DNA from: Thiohalomonadales bacterium | GTDB taxonomy: Bacteria > Pseudomonadota > Gammaproteobacteria > RBG-16-57-12 | Assembly (NCBI GenBank): GCA_050295955.1 | Contig: JBNKQQ010000076.1 | Coordinates: forward strand, 18,255 to 82,254 | Length of the DNA: 64,000 nt | Direction of reading: 5' to 3' | Shown: piece after piece, positions 37,900 through 49,210 of the stretch | Layout: every line of letters begins with the position of its first letter | Numbering within the stretch: the first letter of the stretch is position 1 | Made by a program: the position numbers and the translations under genes | The notes under the pieces: model-generated | The model's database searches: none | What the model saw: only the letters and a program-made list of their open reading frames with translations | Told to the model about the DNA's origin: nothing

Positions 37900-40773
37900 T
37901 CAAGCGCAGGGCTCCGGTTGCAACTGCACTAACATGCCTAAGTGGGTTTGATGGGCGAATTCCATCCGCGAGAGTTTGCCGCGGTAACGCCCCGTTTCCA
38001 AAGTGAGCTGACTGTGATAGTTGTCTGTATCGCTGTGTATATTGAGGTAGTTATCGCCTTGTTGTAGATAATCCTGAATAGCTGTTGGCAGGACCTCATC
38101 TCCCTTCTGTCGTAGTAGTTGATGGCGGCCTCGGCCAATGAGAGATTCAAATTGTGGATTACAAAGCTGTAGGTAACCTTGCTGATCAATGAAGAAGGCA
38201 GGTATTTCTAGTGCATCAAGAATTCCCTGAGCAAAGGCACTTTTTTCGCTGGCAGTTTGCTCCGCCTGTTTTATCCGTGTTACTTCGACAGTGGTTAACA
38301 CAATACCGGCAAACTGGCTTTCGGAGATGCGGTAGGGGAGGCCCCGCAAAATAAACCAGCGGTTGTCATAGCTGAACTCCCGTTCGATGGTATGGGTGCC
38401 ACGGTTGACTTCGTCGAGAAACTGGCGAATATCCAGGTCTTTGATGTTATGGGAGAGGTGAAAAATAGAACGACCAATATCACTATCTATAATATTGAAC
38501 AATTCGGCTACCCGCGACGAAAATCGGCGGATTTCCATGTCTTCATCCAGAAATAGGGTGCCGATCTCGGTATTATCCAGCAAGTTATCTAGATCGTTAG
38601 TGGTTTCAGTCAGCTCCATAATTTTGCTCTGGTATTCGGCATTAACGGTGTAGAGCTCCTCATTGACCGATTGCAGCTCCTCATTGGTACTTTGCAGCTC
38701 TTCGTTACTGGAGAGCAACTCCTCATTGGTCGCCTGTAGCTCCTCATTAGAGGTCTCTAGCTCCTCGACAGTTGCCTGTAGGCTTTCACGGTTAAATTGC
38801 AGCTCCTGCTCCAGATCGGCGATACGAGTCTCCGCCTCCTTGGTTAAATTATAGACTGAATCTACATTGTCGTGATGAGCCTCTTGCTGACTGGAGACCA
38901 GGAACGCGGCTACTAGCGGTACCTGCCCCCGTTCTTGATCCATGCGGCGAATGAAGAGGCGGTACTCACAATAGCGGCCATCCAGTTTTTGCAGGTGAAT
39001 CTGATTGAAGGCGATGGATTTTCCAGTATTTAGGCACTTTTTGATGCTGGTGGTAACCGGCAGCGCTAGTTCTTTGATGAGGAGTTTACCAATATCAGCA
39101 CTGATCATGCCGTTGGGTAGGCTTATAAAATCACGAGTATTGCCCACGGAGTGGAGTAGTTCCAATTCACTATTGATAACAATGGCGAACTCAAAAAACT
39201 CTTTACCGATAAGATTTAATAGCCGTTCTTGTAACCGTTCCTGATTATAGAGCTTTTTATGGGCACTCATTGATGCAATAGCACTTTCATGTCCCTGGCT
39301 TTGCTCCCGCTCAGTATGTTGTAGGCTGAGGCTGGAGATCAGGCGACGATTCCCCAGAGAGCGGAAGATATTCCACTTCATGTGTACCGGCTTGAAGGAG
39401 TCCTGCATGTCGCCAGTGCTTTCGCTGGCGCCCAACAACATCAGACCATGGTTGGAGAGAGCAAAGTTGAAATACTCCAGTGCTTTACGTTGCAATATGG
39501 GCTGGAAGTAGATGAGCAAATTGCGACAGGAGATGAAGTTGAGATTGGTGAATGGGGGATCTTTTACCACGTTGTGTTTGGCAAATACTACCTTTTCCCG
39601 CAGTGCGCGGCTGACGATGTAGGTGTCGTCACGGTGCATAAAGTACTTGTTCAGGTAGCGGTTGGGAATATCGGCGGCAACACTCTCCGGGTAACGGCCG
39701 ATACTGGCGAAGTCTAGGGCAGCTTCATCTACATCTGTCGCAAATACCTTAACTCCAAGGGGGAGGCCCAGGGTGTCAATATTCTCCATGAACAGCATAG
39801 CCAAGGTATAGGCCTCTTCACCGGTGGAGCAGCCAGCGACCCAGATACGCACCTCACTCTGCTGTGTAGGGAGTTCAGTGAGAAATTCAGGTAGTACGGA
39901 ATTTTCCAGAGTCTCAAATACCTCGGAATCTCGGAAGAAGTTGGTGACGCCGATCAGTAATTCTTTATAGAGCATGCGCAGCTCTTCAGGGTTGGCGGCC
40001 AAATAGTCAGCATACTCCTGATGGGTTGGGATTTGGGTAACGGACATTCGTCGCTCGATTCTACGCAGCACGGTAGAGGGCTTGTAGAAGGTAAAGTCAT
40101 GTTTGAAGCGATTTCGTAGCAGTGAGAAGATGGCTTTGATATGGTCGACACTGTCGATTTCCAGCTCACCACTTTTTAGGGCGGGGGGAAGAGGTTCTGA
40201 CTGGTGATTGGCATAGGCTACCAGGCGTTCTGCGATCTCTTCGGGTGAGAGGATGTAATCCGCTAAGCCGGTAGTGATGACACTGCGCGGCATGCCATCA
40301 AATTTTGCGGACTGCTCATTTTGAGCGATGACTATGCCTCCCATCTCTTTGATGCGGCGCACCCCACGGGTACCATCGGTACCGGTTCCAGAGAGTACGA
40401 TAGCAACGGCTTTTTCCTTTTGGTCATCCGCCAGGGATTGGAATAGCAAATCCACCGGCAAATTCAAGGTATGCTTAGGCGGCTTATCTTGCAGACAGAG
40501 TCGGCCTTCCCGGATAGTGATATTTTTGGTAGGTGGTGCGAGGTAGATATGGTCCGGTTTTAGTCCCATCCCCTGACTGACTTCTTCGACCGCCAATATG
40601 GTGCGCTTGGCGAGTAGCTCCGGCATAAGGCTTTTATGGTCAGGAGAGAGGTGCTGTACCACGATAAAGGCGAGGCCACTGTTACGGGGAAAGTTCTCAA
40701 AAAGCGCTGTGATGGCTTCCAAGCCGCCGGCAGACGCACCGACACCGATGTAGTATTTAACGTCGTTATTCAC
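37900..40773 (-). CDS. CheB methylesterase-CheR methyltransferase fusion protein with a coiled-coil and PAS domains.
   Basis: N-terminal CheB catalytic domain ([10 protein letters not shown]). CheR SAM domain ([17 protein letters not shown]). Heptad coiled coil ([33 protein letters not shown]). C-terminal PAS repeats. Confidence 0.85.
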   Translation of the reverse strand: MNNDVKYYIGVGASAGGLEAITALFENFPRNSGLAFIVVQHLSPDHKSLMPELLAKRTILAVEEVSQGMGLKPDHIYLAPPTKNITIREGRLCLQDKPPKHTLNLPVDLLFQSLADDQKEKAVAIVLSGTGTDGTRGVRRIKEMGGIVIAQNEQSAKFDGMPRSVITTGLADYILSPEEIAERLVAYANHQSEPLPPALKSGELEIDSVDHIKAIFSLLRNRFKHDFTFYKPSTVLRRIERRMSVTQIPTHQEYADYLAANPEELRMLYKELLIGVTNFFRDSEVFETLENSVLPEFLTELPTQQSEVRIWVAGCSTGEEAYTLAMLFMENIDTLGLPLGVKVFATDVDEAALDFASIGRYPESVAADIPNRYLNKYFMHRDDTYIVSRALREKVVFAKHNVVKDPPFTNLNFISCRNLLIYFQPILQRKALEYFNFALSNHGLMLLGASESTGDMQDSFKPVHMKWNIFRSLGNRRLISSLSLQHTEREQSQGHESAIASMSAHKKLYNQERLQERLLNLIGKEFFEFAIVINSELELLHSVGNTRDFISLPNGMISADIGKLLIKELALPVTTSIKKCLNTGKSIAFNQIHLQKLDGRYCEYRLFIRRMDQERGQVPLVAAFLVSSQQEAHHDNVDSVYNLTKEAETRIADLEQELQFNRESLQATVEELETSNEELQATNEELLSSNEELQSTNEELQSVNEELYTVNAEYQSKIMELTETTNDLDNLLDNTEIGTLFLDEDMEIRRFSSRVAELFNIIDSDIGRSIFHLSHNIKDLDIRQFLDEVNRGTHTIEREFSYDNRWFILRGLPYRISESQFAGIVLTTVEVTRIKQAEQTASEKSAFAQGILDALEIPAFFIDQQGYLQLCNPQFESLIGRGRHQLLRQKGDEVLPTAIQDYLQQGDNYLNIHSDTDNYHSQLTLETGRYRGKLSRMEFAHQTHLGMLVQLQPEPCA

Positions 40774-41112
40774 CGTTGATTCCTGTGGTCAATCTTTTAG
40801 GTGTTGCTCTATTCAGGAATGCCCTAATCAATGGGCAAAACCCTACACATTATCTGTGTATTTCCCTGGCTATCAGAATGGATTGATCCATTGAAGATAG
40901 CCCGCCCTACCTTTTGAGTCCAATCATTTTTCAGTTATTTCATAGAGATGCTGAATCAGCTGTAAGAGAGAGCTATACGCATTTTTATGGTGGTGAAAAA
41001 ACGGATGGTTTTTCAGTTTGGTTTCAGTTTCCCTGACTACTCTTTATTTCGAGAGCAGAGAAAACCTGCATTGTCATCGAAGTAGATTGAAGAGAAAGAC
41101 TAGGAGAGAGCA

Positions 41113-41523
41113 ATGAAGTTAGCCCGTCGTGTAATGGTTTTAGGTATGGCACTTGGTGTGACATTGGCCTCACAGGTTCAGGCTGGTGCCGTTGGGGTGC
41201 TCCAGCAGGAGTATATGGCGGCGGGTGCGGGACCGTTCAGTGCCACAGTGGGTCACTCATTTTGGCAGAGCAAACATCTGGATGCAGAGAGTGGTAAGGA
41301 ACGCAGCTGCGAAACCTGTCACGGTACCGATCTATCCGCACCGGGTAAGCATGTTAAGACCGGAAAGATGATTGATCCACTCGCCCCTTCGGCAAATGCG
41401 ACTCGGCTTACCGAGGTAAAAGAGATTAACAAGTGGTTTAAACGTAACTGCAAGTGGACGCTGGGGCGTGAATGTACCGCCCAAGAGAAAGGTGACCTGC
41501 TTGAATTTTTGAAAGATCAATAG
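41113..41523 (+). CDS. DUF1924 family periplasmic mono-haem protein.
   Basis: Signal peptide and one CETCHG motif. It is paired with the downstream DHC gene, as is typical. Confidence 0.55.
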   Translation: MKLARRVMVLGMALGVTLASQVQAGAVGVLQQEYMAAGAGPFSATVGHSFWQSKHLDAESGKERSCETCHGTDLSAPGKHVKTGKMIDPLAPSANATRLTEVKEINKWFKRNCKWTLGRECTAQEKGDLLEFLKDQ

Positions 41524-41532
41524 GAGACGACG

Positions 41533-42105
41533 ATGAAAACGAAATTACTCATGGTGGGTGTTGCTGTAGCACTGGGTATTGGTCTGGTACAGGCTAGCGA
41601 GAATGATCGTGATGGCTATGGCGAGCGTGGAGAGTATGGAGAGCGCAGCCGCTATGGTGAGCGTGAAGAGTGGCGTGGTCGCCGTGGGATGGATCCGGTG
41701 TATGCTAAGGAGTGTAGTGCCTGCCACATTGCCTATCCCGCTGATATGTTGCCACAACGCTCTTGGGATCGAATAATGGGTAGCTTGGATGATCACTTTG
41801 GCGAGAATGCTGAATTGAGTTCTGAATTGCACCAGCAGATCAGCCACTATTTGCAGCGCCATGCAGGAGATAGCGGTGGCTATGGTTCAGAGATGTTACG
41901 AGGCTTGGGTCGTAATGATGCACCGTTGCGTATCAGTGAGTTGCCACGTTTCAAGCGTAAGCACAGGGAGATTCCTCGCCATATCCTGGCAGATAAGCAG
42001 ATAGGTAGTTTGAGCAACTGCCATACTTGTCACCGTCGTGCGGAACAGGGCTCTTACTCAGAGAGAGAAATCGATATTCCAGGCTATGGTCGCTGGGAGG
42101 ATTAA
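41533..42105 (+). CDS. Di-haem cytochrome c (DHC family).
   Basis: Signal peptide and two CxxCH motifs (CSACH, CHTCH). About 190 aa. Confidence 0.65.
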   Translation: MKTKLLMVGVAVALGIGLVQASENDRDGYGERGEYGERSRYGEREEWRGRRGMDPVYAKECSACHIAYPADMLPQRSWDRIMGSLDDHFGENAELSSELHQQISHYLQRHAGDSGGYGSEMLRGLGRNDAPLRISELPRFKRKHREIPRHILADKQIGSLSNCHTCHRRAEQGSYSEREIDIPGYGRWED

Positions 42106-42112
42106 GCCCTAT

Positions 42113-42235
42113 TTGTCGTGTCTCGTTGCGCCTGGTTACGCTGGGCGCAACCCCTCTCCACTCCGCCGGACTCTATGATAAGATGCGGCTTCCGATGAAC
42201 TCCCTTGATCAAATTACGGCAGCGGGCGTATTGCC
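42113..42235 (+). terminator. Two hairpins downstream of the DHC gene.
   Basis: GTTGCGCC-(11 nt)-GGCGCAAC and TTACGGCA-GCGGGCGTA-TTGCCGTAA, each with a perfect 8-bp stem. Confidence 0.5.
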
Positions 42236-42451
42236 GTAAAAGATGGATAATGCGTTTGATCTCATCAGGGGACTTACTTTGAAGGGCGGTCGGGATGTGA
42301 AACGCTTGCAAGGTAAAGGCAAAGAAAGAGTCTCTGTGATCAAAAGGCGATGGAAATAGATTCCCATCTTGTAAGACAAAATAGATGAATTGCCAAAAAC
42401 AAGTAATCCAGTGCAACCAGAATTTCAAAATAAACCGGGTAAGGTAGCTAT

Positions 42452-43276
42452 ATGAAACAGTATTTAGATCTACTAAAAGATGTTCTTGAAAATGGTGTTC
42501 GTAAGTCTGATAGGACAGGAACAGGAACCATTTCTGTATTTGGCCGGCAAATTAGAATTGATCTGTCTGATGGATTTCCATTATTAACGACTAAGAAAGT
42601 GCATTTTCCATCTATTTTTCATGAATGGAAATGGTTTGTCTCTGGTAGTACGAACATTAATGACCTTAAGGCCACGATATGGGATGAGTGGGCGACTGAA
42701 GAGGGTGATTTAGGGCCGATATACGGTAAGCAATGGACGGCTTGGCCAACCAAGGATGGCGGTACAATTAATCAAATTGATTACGTTGTTGATACTCTCA
42801 AAAATAAACCAGATAGCCGCCGCATTCTTTTTCATGGTTGGAATGTTGAGTATCTGCCGGATGAGTCACTGAGCCCCCAAGAAAATGTTAAAAATGGAAA
42901 AATGGCGTTACCCCCTTGTCATCTTCTATATCAATTTTATGTGTCGGAGAACAAATTAAGCTTAATGATGACGATTAGATCAAATGATCTATTTTTAGGT
43001 AACCCCTTTAATATTGCTCAAGCAGCTTTATGGGTGCATATTTTGGCTCATCACTGTGATTTGGAAGTGGGCGATTTGATTGTATCCATCGGTGATGCAC
43101 ATATTTATTCTAATCATCTTGATCAAGTGAATACCCAGCTGCAGCGTACACCGACGGATCTCCCAAAACTCAGAATCAAGCAAAAAAGAAATACTATTTA
43201 TGAGTATGAATTTGAGGATTTTGATTTAATTGAATATAACCCACAGCCCCCTATCAAAGCACCGGTTGCTGTTTAA
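42452..43276 (+). CDS. thyA: Thymidylate synthase; AT-rich and carrying an insertion, so likely horizontally acquired.
   Basis: DRTGTGT motif, the PCH catalytic Cys region ([12 protein letters not shown]), and [11 protein letters not shown]. About 18 aa are inserted relative to E. coli ThyA. Local GC is clearly below its flanks. Confidence 0.9.
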   Translation: MKQYLDLLKDVLENGVRKSDRTGTGTISVFGRQIRIDLSDGFPLLTTKKVHFPSIFHEWKWFVSGSTNINDLKATIWDEWATEEGDLGPIYGKQWTAWPTKDGGTINQIDYVVDTLKNKPDSRRILFHGWNVEYLPDESLSPQENVKNGKMALPPCHLLYQFYVSENKLSLMMTIRSNDLFLGNPFNIAQAALWVHILAHHCDLEVGDLIVSIGDAHIYSNHLDQVNTQLQRTPTDLPKLRIKQKRNTIYEYEFEDFDLIEYNPQPPIKAPVAV

Positions 43277-43409
43277 GTGATATCTTTTTAGCACTTCAAT
43301 CTATTTATGATTGAGATCAGTGGCCTCTGTGTGATGGGAGCGAATGTAGCTGACGCCAGTGCCTCAAACTGTGTTGGGTCGACTGACGTCAGATGGTTAG
43401 ATGGTGTGA

Positions 43410-45239
43410 TTAATCAGAGATAAACACCTTGCCATAGTTGGATGGGATATTGATCGCGACATTGGCAAAATCACCGGGCACCTCTAATACCTCGTTGTTG
43501 CCATTGACCTTCTCATGCCAGATGCCAGCACGTGGGAAGGGTACAGTCAGTGTGCCGTCAAAGTCACCAAAGTTGAGAAGTATCATCACCGTTGGATCAG
43601 TGTTGTTATCAGGGATGCGTTGGTAAGCCACCAGGCCTCGGCCAAGATCGGAGTGTTCATAGTGATAATAGGCATTACGGCTGCGCAGGGCTTGATAGGT
43701 TTGGCGTAGCTGGCCCATTTTGCGATACAGGTTCACCAACTGGCGACCACCCTTTTCATAGAAGTAGTTCCAGTGGAGGGGGCGGGAAGCCAATACCCGT
43801 GAACCACCATCATCATGTTTGCCGTAGATCTCACCAAACTCCTGACCTTGCCATAGCAGTGGTACGCCAACGGCACTCATCAGGGCAATAGCATAGGGTT
43901 GCAGCCGATACCAGTGGGTGCGATCCCGGTTAAACAGATCAAAGCCGCCTTGGGTGGGTGAGTGCTCTCCACTCAATAGATACATTAGACGGCTCTTATC
44001 GTGGGACTCAATAAACTGTAGGGTGGTGACTGGGAAGTGATCCTGGCCGTTGTTGTACTCCTTGGGCCAGGGCGAGGTAAGATCAATCAGTAGCATGTCA
44101 TGGACGAAACCCTCCTCCACGCTACCACTGTGTTGCACCATCTGTTGTGCCTTTAACATGGGCCACCAACGTTTACTGGCCGTGGTATAGGTCTCTTTCA
44201 ACACCTGTTTGGGTTTATCCAGATACTCTGCTACTTGAATAATCCGGTTGTGGTCACCGCCATTGAATCGACTGATTCCTTTGGTGGATTGATAGGTATC
44301 ATAGACCAGACGGGCATAGCCGACGCCAAGGGGACCATCATAAATGCCCGGTACGTAATCGTAACGGAAGCCATCCATATGAAATTCGTTGATGAAGTAG
44401 TCATTAACCGCTTTGAAGTACTCATAGGTAAAGGGCTTGTTAAAGTCGGTACCGACACCGAACATATCGCCGGCAAATGCCCCAATCATGGGATTCTCTT
44501 CACCGGCAGTCCAATAGACACTGCGATAACAGAACTCCTCGTGCATGTGGGCATATACGGCATCGTGGATGACCGAGATTCCTTCTCCGTGGCAGGCATC
44601 CACAAACGCTTTTAGCTTTTCACCCCCACCGTAACGCTCTTCGATAGCAAAATAACTCATGGGCATATAGCCCCAGCGATAGGGCTCGGGGATATTGGTC
44701 ACCGGCATCAGCTCAATACAGTTGACGCCTAGGCTTTTCAGATAGGTGAGTCGCTCTTTTACACCGTCGAAGTCATGGGCAAAGTCATCCACCATTAACT
44801 CATAAATCACCAGTTCATCCAGATTGGGCACCTTAAAGTTTTGGTCATGCCAGGTATAGGCTGGTGTGGCTGGATAGTCGAAAGCGGAGTTGGTACCGGC
44901 ACCACTGACAGTGGCAAAGGGATCGGAGAAATAGGGGACAATCACCTCGTCACCCCGTTGCAGACGATAGCGGTACAGATAACGCCCCTGTTTTCCCATA
45001 TGGCCATCTGAGCCTAAAGCGGTGATCTGGCCCTCATATCCCCATAAGCCATTATCATCGCTATATAACTCAACAGGGATTGCCGCGATAGCCGGGTCAA
45101 ACTGGTCTTGCTCATGGATAATGTCAGCAAATAGGCGATAACCTTTGCTGCTGGTGATGTTGGGTAACATGATGCCAAAAAACAGCTCGTCTGGATTGCC
45201 ACGTCCTACATGGGGGCCTAAGGTATTAAGATCGATCAT
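43410..45239 (-). CDS. GH13 alpha-amylase-family glycoside hydrolase.
   Basis: GFRYDYVPG (region II nucleophile), FIESHD (region IV), and the VIHDAVYAHM region. Confidence 0.8.
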   Translation of the reverse strand: MIDLNTLGPHVGRGNPDELFFGIMLPNITSSKGYRLFADIIHEQDQFDPAIAAIPVELYSDDNGLWGYEGQITALGSDGHMGKQGRYLYRYRLQRGDEVIVPYFSDPFATVSGAGTNSAFDYPATPAYTWHDQNFKVPNLDELVIYELMVDDFAHDFDGVKERLTYLKSLGVNCIELMPVTNIPEPYRWGYMPMSYFAIEERYGGGEKLKAFVDACHGEGISVIHDAVYAHMHEEFCYRSVYWTAGEENPMIGAFAGDMFGVGTDFNKPFTYEYFKAVNDYFINEFHMDGFRYDYVPGIYDGPLGVGYARLVYDTYQSTKGISRFNGGDHNRIIQVAEYLDKPKQVLKETYTTASKRWWPMLKAQQMVQHSGSVEEGFVHDMLLIDLTSPWPKEYNNGQDHFPVTTLQFIESHDKSRLMYLLSGEHSPTQGGFDLFNRDRTHWYRLQPYAIALMSAVGVPLLWQGQEFGEIYGKHDDGGSRVLASRPLHWNYFYEKGGRQLVNLYRKMGQLRQTYQALRSRNAYYHYEHSDLGRGLVAYQRIPDNNTDPTVMILLNFGDFDGTLTVPFPRAGIWHEKVNGNNEVLEVPGDFANVAINIPSNYGKVFISD

Positions 45240-45410
45240 GGGTGACTCCTGTATCCCAGTTTGGGTGAGAATGAAAGGATGAGAGTAGTGTTGGATGGAA
45301 TGGCGGAGGATTCAACGTGGAAAAAAATATGACTTATCTATTTTATAGAATAGAGTGCCTCCTTAATTGCTAAAAAACCTACTACACTAAAAATAAAAAG
45401 ATAGGACTTT

Positions 45411-46931
45411 ATGTTTTCTAACGGTTTTCAACAGCAAATTGCTTTTCTACTGGATCTACTCTCTTCACTCTTTGTATTTGCCATTGGCCTAGGGTTATTG
45501 GCTGTTATTGTTATCTACTTCATTGATGTCACTCAAAAGACCCATACCATCCGCCGTAACTATCCGGTCATTGGACGATTCCGTTATCTGTTTGAGCATC
45601 TTGGAGAGTTCTTTCGCCAATACTTTTTTGCTATGGATCGGGAGGAGATGCCGTTTAATCGGGCACAGCGCTCCTGGGTTTATCGGGCGGCAAAGAATGT
45701 GGACAATACCGTGGCGTTTGGTTCTACCCGCGATCTGCGTCCAGCAGGGACAATCCTGTTTGCTAATTGCCCTTATCCCAGTCTGGATCGGGACAGTGTG
45801 GCGACGCCTGCGCTAACTATCGGGCCTGATTGCCTACACCCCTTTACCGCTAAATCACTCTTTAATATCTCTGGCATGAGTTATGGCGCTATCTCCAAGC
45901 CTGCAGTACAGGCTCTTGCTTATGGGGCGCTTAAGTCAAAGTGCTGGATGAATACCGGTGAGGGGGCAATATCCCCTTATCATCTGGAGAGTGGCTGCGA
46001 TTTGGTGTTTCAGATTGGTACGGCCAAATATGGGGTGAGGGATGAGGAGGGGAATCTGAGCGATACCAAGCTGCGGGAGATTGCGGCGATAGATCAGGTA
46101 CGCATGTTTGAGATCAAACTGAGCCAGGGAGCCAAACCGGGTAAAGGGGGGATTCTCCCTGCTGCCAAGATCACGCCAGAGATTGCACGAATTCGTGGGA
46201 TTCCTTTGGGGCAGGATTCATTCAGCCCCAATCGCCATGAGGATGTGAATAGCGATGAAGAGTTGCTGGATATGGTTGATCGGGTGCGCCGGGTTACCGG
46301 TAAACCGGTGGGTTTTAAAATGGTATTGGGGCATGGGTTGTGGCTGGACAGCTTTTTTCAGGCAGTTCTTGTGCGGGGTATCGAGTCGGCACCTGACTTT
46401 ATTACTCTGGATAGTGCCGATGGTGGGACCGGTGCCGCACCGATGTCATTAATCGACTATATGGGACTGCCACTTAAAGAGAGCTTGCCATTGTTGGTGG
46501 ATAAGCTGGATGAATATGGCTTGCGCCATCGGGTGCGGGTGGTGGCATCCGGTAAGTTGATTACTCCGGCAGATGTGGCTTGGGCACTCTGTATTGGCGC
46601 TGACTTTGTGACCTCTGCCCGAGGCTTTATGTTCTCTCTGGGGTGTATCCAGGCGCTGCAGTGTAATAAGAATACCTGTCCTACAGGGATTACCACCCAT
46701 GATGTGAAGCGGCAGCGGGGGCTGGTGTCAGAGCTGAAATCAGAGCGGGTGAAAAACTATGTGGAGAACCTGCTGCACGAGGTGGGGGTGATTGCCCACT
46801 CCTGTGGCGTGAGGGAGCCACGTCAGCTACGTCGCATGCATGCCCGTATGGTGACGGAGGATGGTCGCTCGATACCTTTGGATGAGTTGTATCCCGAGGT
46901 GGAAAGGCGAGTGAATCCAGAGGGTATTTAA
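45411..46931 (+). CDS. Glutamate-synthase-domain (FMN-binding, GltB domain-2-like) protein with an N-terminal membrane anchor.
   Basis: An N-terminal transmembrane helix, then the standalone Glu_synthase-family architecture of about 500 aa (RRNYPVIGRFRYLFE..., a GxG-rich FMN barrel). Confidence 0.7.
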   Translation: MFSNGFQQQIAFLLDLLSSLFVFAIGLGLLAVIVIYFIDVTQKTHTIRRNYPVIGRFRYLFEHLGEFFRQYFFAMDREEMPFNRAQRSWVYRAAKNVDNTVAFGSTRDLRPAGTILFANCPYPSLDRDSVATPALTIGPDCLHPFTAKSLFNISGMSYGAISKPAVQALAYGALKSKCWMNTGEGAISPYHLESGCDLVFQIGTAKYGVRDEEGNLSDTKLREIAAIDQVRMFEIKLSQGAKPGKGGILPAAKITPEIARIRGIPLGQDSFSPNRHEDVNSDEELLDMVDRVRRVTGKPVGFKMVLGHGLWLDSFFQAVLVRGIESAPDFITLDSADGGTGAAPMSLIDYMGLPLKESLPLLVDKLDEYGLRHRVRVVASGKLITPADVAWALCIGADFVTSARGFMFSLGCIQALQCNKNTCPTGITTHDVKRQRGLVSELKSERVKNYVENLLHEVGVIAHSCGVREPRQLRRMHARMVTEDGRSIPLDELYPEVERRVNPEGI

Positions 46932-49210
46932 TTGGATTTTATGGCATACCTTCTCACTGACGTCACTAATGTTTCAATTTCTACCGGCTTGGAGAGATAG
47001 CCGGACATGCCGCTGCTAAGGCAGAGCTCTTGGTCTTCTTTCATTGCATGGGCGGTGAGGCCAATTATGGGGAGTGATGGGTAATGCTGTTTGACCTCTC
47101 TGGCGAGTTGGTAGCCGTCCATTCGGGGCATCTGCACGTCGGTGATCAAAATGTCCCAGTGTTCTACGCCTAATTTTTCCAGAAGTTCCAGCGCCTCAAT
47201 ACCATCTTCAACACAGGTAACGATGGCCCCCTCGTGGGTCAGCATGTCATCCAGAACTAATTGATTTAGCTCGTTATCTTCGGCTACCAAGATGCGACAA
47301 CCTTCGAGCCGGGGCTGATCTGATGTGACGGTGAGAGGGGGATCACTTTCGTTAGCTATTAGTGGTTCTGCTGCCAGGAGAGGGAGCTTGACTTCGAAGG
47401 TACTGCCAATCTCTGGCTGGCTACGTACCTGGATGGTGCCATCCATCAGGTCTATCAATTTTTTGCTGATGGAGAGCCCTAATCCAGTACCACCAAACTT
47501 ACGGGTGATGGAGGGATCGGCCTGTTCAAAGGCATCAAACAGGCGCTGAATCTGTTCATCGGTTATGCCGATACCGGTATCGGTAACAGTGAAAAGTAGC
47601 CCCTGTTCTACCTTTTTGACTTCCAGGGTCACTTCCCCTTTTTCTGTGAATTTCACGGCATTGGATAGTAGGTTGCCCAATATCTGGCTGGTGCGTAGCA
47701 GATCGCCATTAACGCTATCAGGGAGTTCTTCTTCCAGGGATAGAGAGAGGGTCAGGCCTTTGGCGTTGGCAAGGGGCGCCGCCAAGGTATGCAGCTGGGA
47801 GAGGAGTTTCTCTAGCTTGAAAGGTGTGTTTTCAATGATCAGTTTACCGGCTTCGATCTTTGAGAAGTCGAGAATATCATCAATGATGCCTTGTAACATT
47901 TTGCCTGAGTCGAACATCTTCTCCAGTAGGGTATGCATTTTGTCGTCGTGGAGACTTTCCCGCAAACCAATTTGGGCAAGACCAAGTATCGCATTGAGTG
48001 GAGTACGAATCTCATGACTCATATTGGCAAGGAAAGCACTTTTAGCTTTGCTGGCTTCCTCCGCCATAATGTGTGCCTTCTTTAACTCCTCATGGGCGCG
48101 TTGTTCCATGGAGACATCGCGAATTATCCCGGCAAACACCCGCTTACCAAACTGTATTACTTCGGTGACAGAAAGGTGGATGGGAAACTCTTCACCGGAT
48201 TTGCGTATAGCGGAGAGCTCGCGCTCCCAGATATTGATAACCCGACTATTTCCAGAGGCAAGGTAGTTGGAGACATATTGTTGATGCTGAGTCCGGTGAG
48301 GTTCTGGCATGAGCAACGTCACGTCCTGAGCGATGAGTTCCTCTTTGGTGTAACCAAACATGCGTACGGTTTCATCATTGACACACTGGATTAGACCGCG
48401 TTCATTAATGGTGATGACCGCTAATGAGGTGGCATTCAGTAGGTGCTGGTCACGATCAATAATCTGCTTGCGGGAGATCAAGCTGTGGATACGGGCATGG
48501 ATCTCTTCTGGAATAATGGGTTTGGTGACGTAATCACTGACACCTAGGTGGAACAGTTCAACCCGCCTGGTGGCATTGTCGTAGGCGGTGACGGCCAGTA
48601 TCGGGGTATCACCTTTTGCACCTGGCTGGCGGCGTATTTGGTTCACGAAGCGTGAGCCCGACATCTGTCCATCCAGAAAAATGTCGGTGATCACTAAATC
48701 ATACTTATTTTCTAGAAAGGCGGGCCAGGCCTCATCGGCACTGGCAAAGGTATCTACCTTCAGTCCCCACTGCTTTAATTGTTGAGTCAGTATTTCTCGC
48801 TGTGACGGAGTGTCTTCCACATAAAGAACATGGCCATAAAGCAGGGTGTAGCTGGTGAGAAAACGGCGCATGAAATTCACCAGTTCCTCAATATCCTGCT
48901 TGTGGAAGGTTTCGGTAATCCCGGTTTTTTGTGACAGCTTATCCAGTTCCTCACTATCTGAGCTGGTCAGTAATACGATAGGGATGTGTTTGTAGTTTGG
49001 GCACTGGCGTAGCTGGCGGGTCAGCTCGAGACCATTCATATCTTCCAGTGTTAGGGAGATGACCACAATTTCGACGCATTTTTCCTGTGCAAGTGATAGA
49101 GCTTGTTTGCCATTGGTCACATGCTCCAGATGAATTTCCTCTTTAGCTAGGGCTTTTTTTAGAATGCTGCGATATAGGCTCGAGCCGTCAACTAAGAGAA
49201 TTTGCATCAT
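46928..49210 (-). CDS. Hybrid sensor histidine kinase/response regulator (REC-REC-PAS-HisKA-HATPase-REC).
   Basis: H-box HEIRTPLNAILG, G-boxes, and three receiver domains with conserved Asp. I chose the start at MMQILLVDG, which has a GGAG SD. Confidence 0.85.
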   Translation of the reverse strand: MMQILLVDGSSLYRSILKKALAKEEIHLEHVTNGKQALSLAQEKCVEIVVISLTLEDMNGLELTRQLRQCPNYKHIPIVLLTSSDSEELDKLSQKTGITETFHKQDIEELVNFMRRFLTSYTLLYGHVLYVEDTPSQREILTQQLKQWGLKVDTFASADEAWPAFLENKYDLVITDIFLDGQMSGSRFVNQIRRQPGAKGDTPILAVTAYDNATRRVELFHLGVSDYVTKPIIPEEIHARIHSLISRKQIIDRDQHLLNATSLAVITINERGLIQCVNDETVRMFGYTKEELIAQDVTLLMPEPHRTQHQQYVSNYLASGNSRVINIWERELSAIRKSGEEFPIHLSVTEVIQFGKRVFAGIIRDVSMEQRAHEELKKAHIMAEEASKAKSAFLANMSHEIRTPLNAILGLAQIGLRESLHDDKMHTLLEKMFDSGKMLQGIIDDILDFSKIEAGKLIIENTPFKLEKLLSQLHTLAAPLANAKGLTLSLSLEEELPDSVNGDLLRTSQILGNLLSNAVKFTEKGEVTLEVKKVEQGLLFTVTDTGIGITDEQIQRLFDAFEQADPSITRKFGGTGLGLSISKKLIDLMDGTIQVRSQPEIGSTFEVKLPLLAAEPLIANESDPPLTVTSDQPRLEGCRILVAEDNELNQLVLDDMLTHEGAIVTCVEDGIEALELLEKLGVEHWDILITDVQMPRMDGYQLAREVKQHYPSLPIIGLTAHAMKEDQELCLSSGMSGYLSKPVEIETLVTSVRRYAIKSN

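Noticed and set aside
38663-38854. A Ser/Leu-rich 63-aa plus-strand ORF ([21 protein letters not shown]...).
   Set aside because: It is antisense to the SNEELQ heptad coiled-coil codons of the CheB-CheR fusion, a low-complexity mirror artefact.
42102-42428. A 108-aa minus-strand ORF upstream of thyA.
   Set aside because: It spans an AT-rich intergenic region containing two terminator hairpins. It has no SD, and its composition reflects the island border, not coding sequence.
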